A stretch of DNA of 61,309 nucleotides, the filler included, from Ferroacidibacillus organovorans (GTDB lineage Bacteria; Bacillota; Bacilli; Alicyclobacillales; SLC66): assembly GCF_001642725.1 (NCBI RefSeq). It is 3 parts of 3 records of this genome, joined end to end, with 100 filler letters (N's around TTAATTAATTAA, not from the genome) between each part and the next. Parts side by side here need not be neighbours in the genome. Positions count along the whole stretch, not along the records: positions 41,272 to 61,309 come from NZ_LSUQ01000046.1; 2 more parts are not named here. One strand, written 5' to 3'. Below, piece after piece: positions 59,494 to 61,309 of the stretch (the stretch's first letter is position 1; every line of letters starts with the position of its first letter). The position numbers were made by a program, and so were the translations under genes. The notes below the pieces were generated by a model, which had not been told where the DNA came from, did no database searches, and saw only the letters and a list, made by a program, of their open reading frames with translations.

Positions 59494-60546
59494 CTAGGGT
59501 ATGGATATGCCTTTTATGGGGTACACGCTGTAGTAAATCCCCCCAGATTTGTTTGTAGCTATGATGACTTGACCGTTGGTGAAGGCTACAAAGTCACCGT
59601 TCCCTATTCCAATACACTTGGCAGGCACTAACAGTCCTATCGTAGTCCCGCCTTGTTTCGTTTGCTCCATCACATTTATGGACAAAAAAGGTGGGATGAA
59701 ATTGCTCTTCACTTGTCGATAGACTCCTGCCCACGAATAACCAAAATTATGATTTTTCCCATAATTACTCAGAGCGCCATACCACACCTGATTCATTTGT
59801 GGAAGGCTGGTGTAAACGTTCGTTTCTCCATAATTCAAACTATAGTTTGCCCCTACGGTCGGGTTAGCTTGCTCAGTAATTTTAATATCACGCAAAAACC
59901 ACGATGGAATCGACGGTTTAGGTGCCAACGAGGAGGAAGAGATTTTAATGCCCGCCAAAGGAACTAGGTAATTCGCAACTGCCTGCGCAAACGATTCAAG
60001 GGGGTGTGCTGGATTCGGTTGTAGGACAATCCATGTATTCCCCTGAGTGAGTGCCAAAAATCGAATCACAGCGCCACCAGTGTAATTGACTTGCCACCAT
60101 CGCGCTTCAATGCCGTTACCAAGTTTCACTTTCTGTTGAGCGATCCATGAAGCTTTTTGACCATCCGCTTTAAACCAGTTCGTCAATTCATCGAAATCAT
60201 TGGTACTCAACACTGCCATGTCATTAAAATTCAATTCCACCACATGGTTCTTTCCGGTAGCGTTAAGCAGACGGTAAACCCCGCTCGGCCCACCCATTTT
60301 GGTCGGCAAATAAGTCGTTTTGACGCCTTGATCCTTTGCAATGTTCTTCATCTCATTTATTTGGCCTAACGTGTAGTGAAGATTAACCAAGCCGTACTGT
60401 TGACTAATCGATGTTGGTGCCGCCGTGCGCTTCACCACCGGTGTCTGTGATTGCTGTATATCTCTAGACGCAAATAAATTGCCGCAGCCCATAAGGACGA
60501 TCCCCGCACCAAGAACGACTGAAACGATGAAAACTTGATTTTTCAT
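59494..60546 (-). CDS. Putative lipoprotein of unknown function
   Basis: MKNQVFIVSVVLGAGIVLMGC lipobox. Confidence 0.7.
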   Translation of the reverse strand: MKNQVFIVSVVLGAGIVLMGCGNLFASRDIQQSQTPVVKRTAAPTSISQQYGLVNLHYTLGQINEMKNIAKDQGVKTTYLPTKMGGPSGVYRLLNATGKNHVVELNFNDMAVLSTNDFDELTNWFKADGQKASWIAQQKVKLGNGIEARWWQVNYTGGAVIRFLALTQGNTWIVLQPNPAHPLESFAQAVANYLVPLAGIKISSSSLAPKPSIPSWFLRDIKITEQANPTVGANYSLNYGETNVYTSLPQMNQVWYGALSNYGKNHNFGYSWAGVYRQVKSNFIPPFLSINVMEQTKQGGTTIGLLVPAKCIGIGNGDFVAFTNGQVIIATNKSGGIYYSVYPIKGISIP

Positions 60547-60856
60547 ACTGAAATCCCCCAGGTTAGAAAAGCTACTCTGTCCTATAGACGAAGAAGGAGT
60601 CGACAGTGTTACACAAATAACAGTGCCTACTTTCCCCAGTCGCAAAGATATCATTCAGCCCGATTCCGAAACTCACGATATTGAAATGAGTGTCTATCAT
60701 GGCTAACATAAATGATTAAAAATTGATTTTCAGTTTGACCACTCCACGCCACTCCTGCCATAAAACCCCATGTAAGCCAGTTGATTGTACTAAATCTAAA
60801 TAAGTAACCTATTTCCATCGTTGAACGTCTATTTACTGGAAAGGAGGGCTACGACA

Positions 60857-61201
60857 ATGAAAAAACGTATGGATCTAATCATTGTGATGCTGGGGTTTTC
60901 GGGGTTATTGGGGTGTGGAACCAATGCTCCATCTCAAAACGCCTTACCCACCGGCACGGTCTTGGGTTGGAATAACCATCTTTACAAAGTTGTCCATTCA
61001 GTTACTCAGCGTGACGTGGGCAAGGAAATTGGAACAATTTCGTATCACGGAAAGGTATCAGGTTTATTTACCGTATTCGAGCTTCCAGGTTCGAAACGAT
61101 ACAAGTCAATTGTTTTCGAATCGCCGACAAAGCAATACGATCAGGCAAATATCGTCGAGACGCGACAGATATTGCCCCCTATGAACTACTTCGGTGTATA
61201 A
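60857..61201 (+). CDS. Putative small lipoprotein
   Basis: AAGGAGG RBS; MKKRMDLIIVMLGFSGLLGC lipobox. Confidence 0.7.
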   Translation: MKKRMDLIIVMLGFSGLLGCGTNAPSQNALPTGTVLGWNNHLYKVVHSVTQRDVGKEIGTISYHGKVSGLFTVFELPGSKRYKSIVFESPTKQYDQANIVETRQILPPMNYFGV

Positions 61202-61309
61202 TTATTTGAAAGATAAATCTGATTGTTTATATCAACGGGCAGTAGTGTTTCGGAAGGCGAAGACACTGCGATAAGTTGAGTCCGTATAATTGGTGTAAAT
61301 TCAGTGGAC

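Overview
The window joins three contigs from a Bacillota genome, probably an Alicyclobacillaceae-like acidophile (inferred from protein families and composition). Two artificial 100-nt N-linkers carrying TTAATTAATTAA (20724-20823, 41172-41271) join them, so adjacency across the gaps is not biological. Contig 1 carries: a copper/haem-A oxidase assembly cluster (P1B-ATPase end, ctaG, ctaA with an in-frame TGA exactly at a conserved Cys, ctaB); a DeoR-regulated, PTS-free hexosamine catabolic operon built on an APC permease and ROK kinase; a PRTase-HAD fusion; GNAT/NUDIX/oxidoreductase genes; and an amino-acid export cluster. Contig 2 carries: oppDFA; a candidate structured RNA; an SRAP peptidase; and an inorganic-carbon island (wHTH regulator, DUF6671, icd, dabB-dabA-mpsC). 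The dab operon has a sigma-A promoter and an attenuator-like leader, and the island is flanked by truncated genes, including a serine-recombinase stub. Contig 3 carries: the end of a conjugative element (VirB6-like protein, lytic transglycosylase, five small genes, large serine recombinase); a Dsr1-like SIR2 defence gene; a decaying co-oriented array of GNAT/VOC/hydrolase genes partly duplicated on contig 2; an S9 peptidase; and two orphan lipoproteins. No rRNA, tRNA or CRISPR array was seen. All family calls come from motif recognition by eye; no database search was run.
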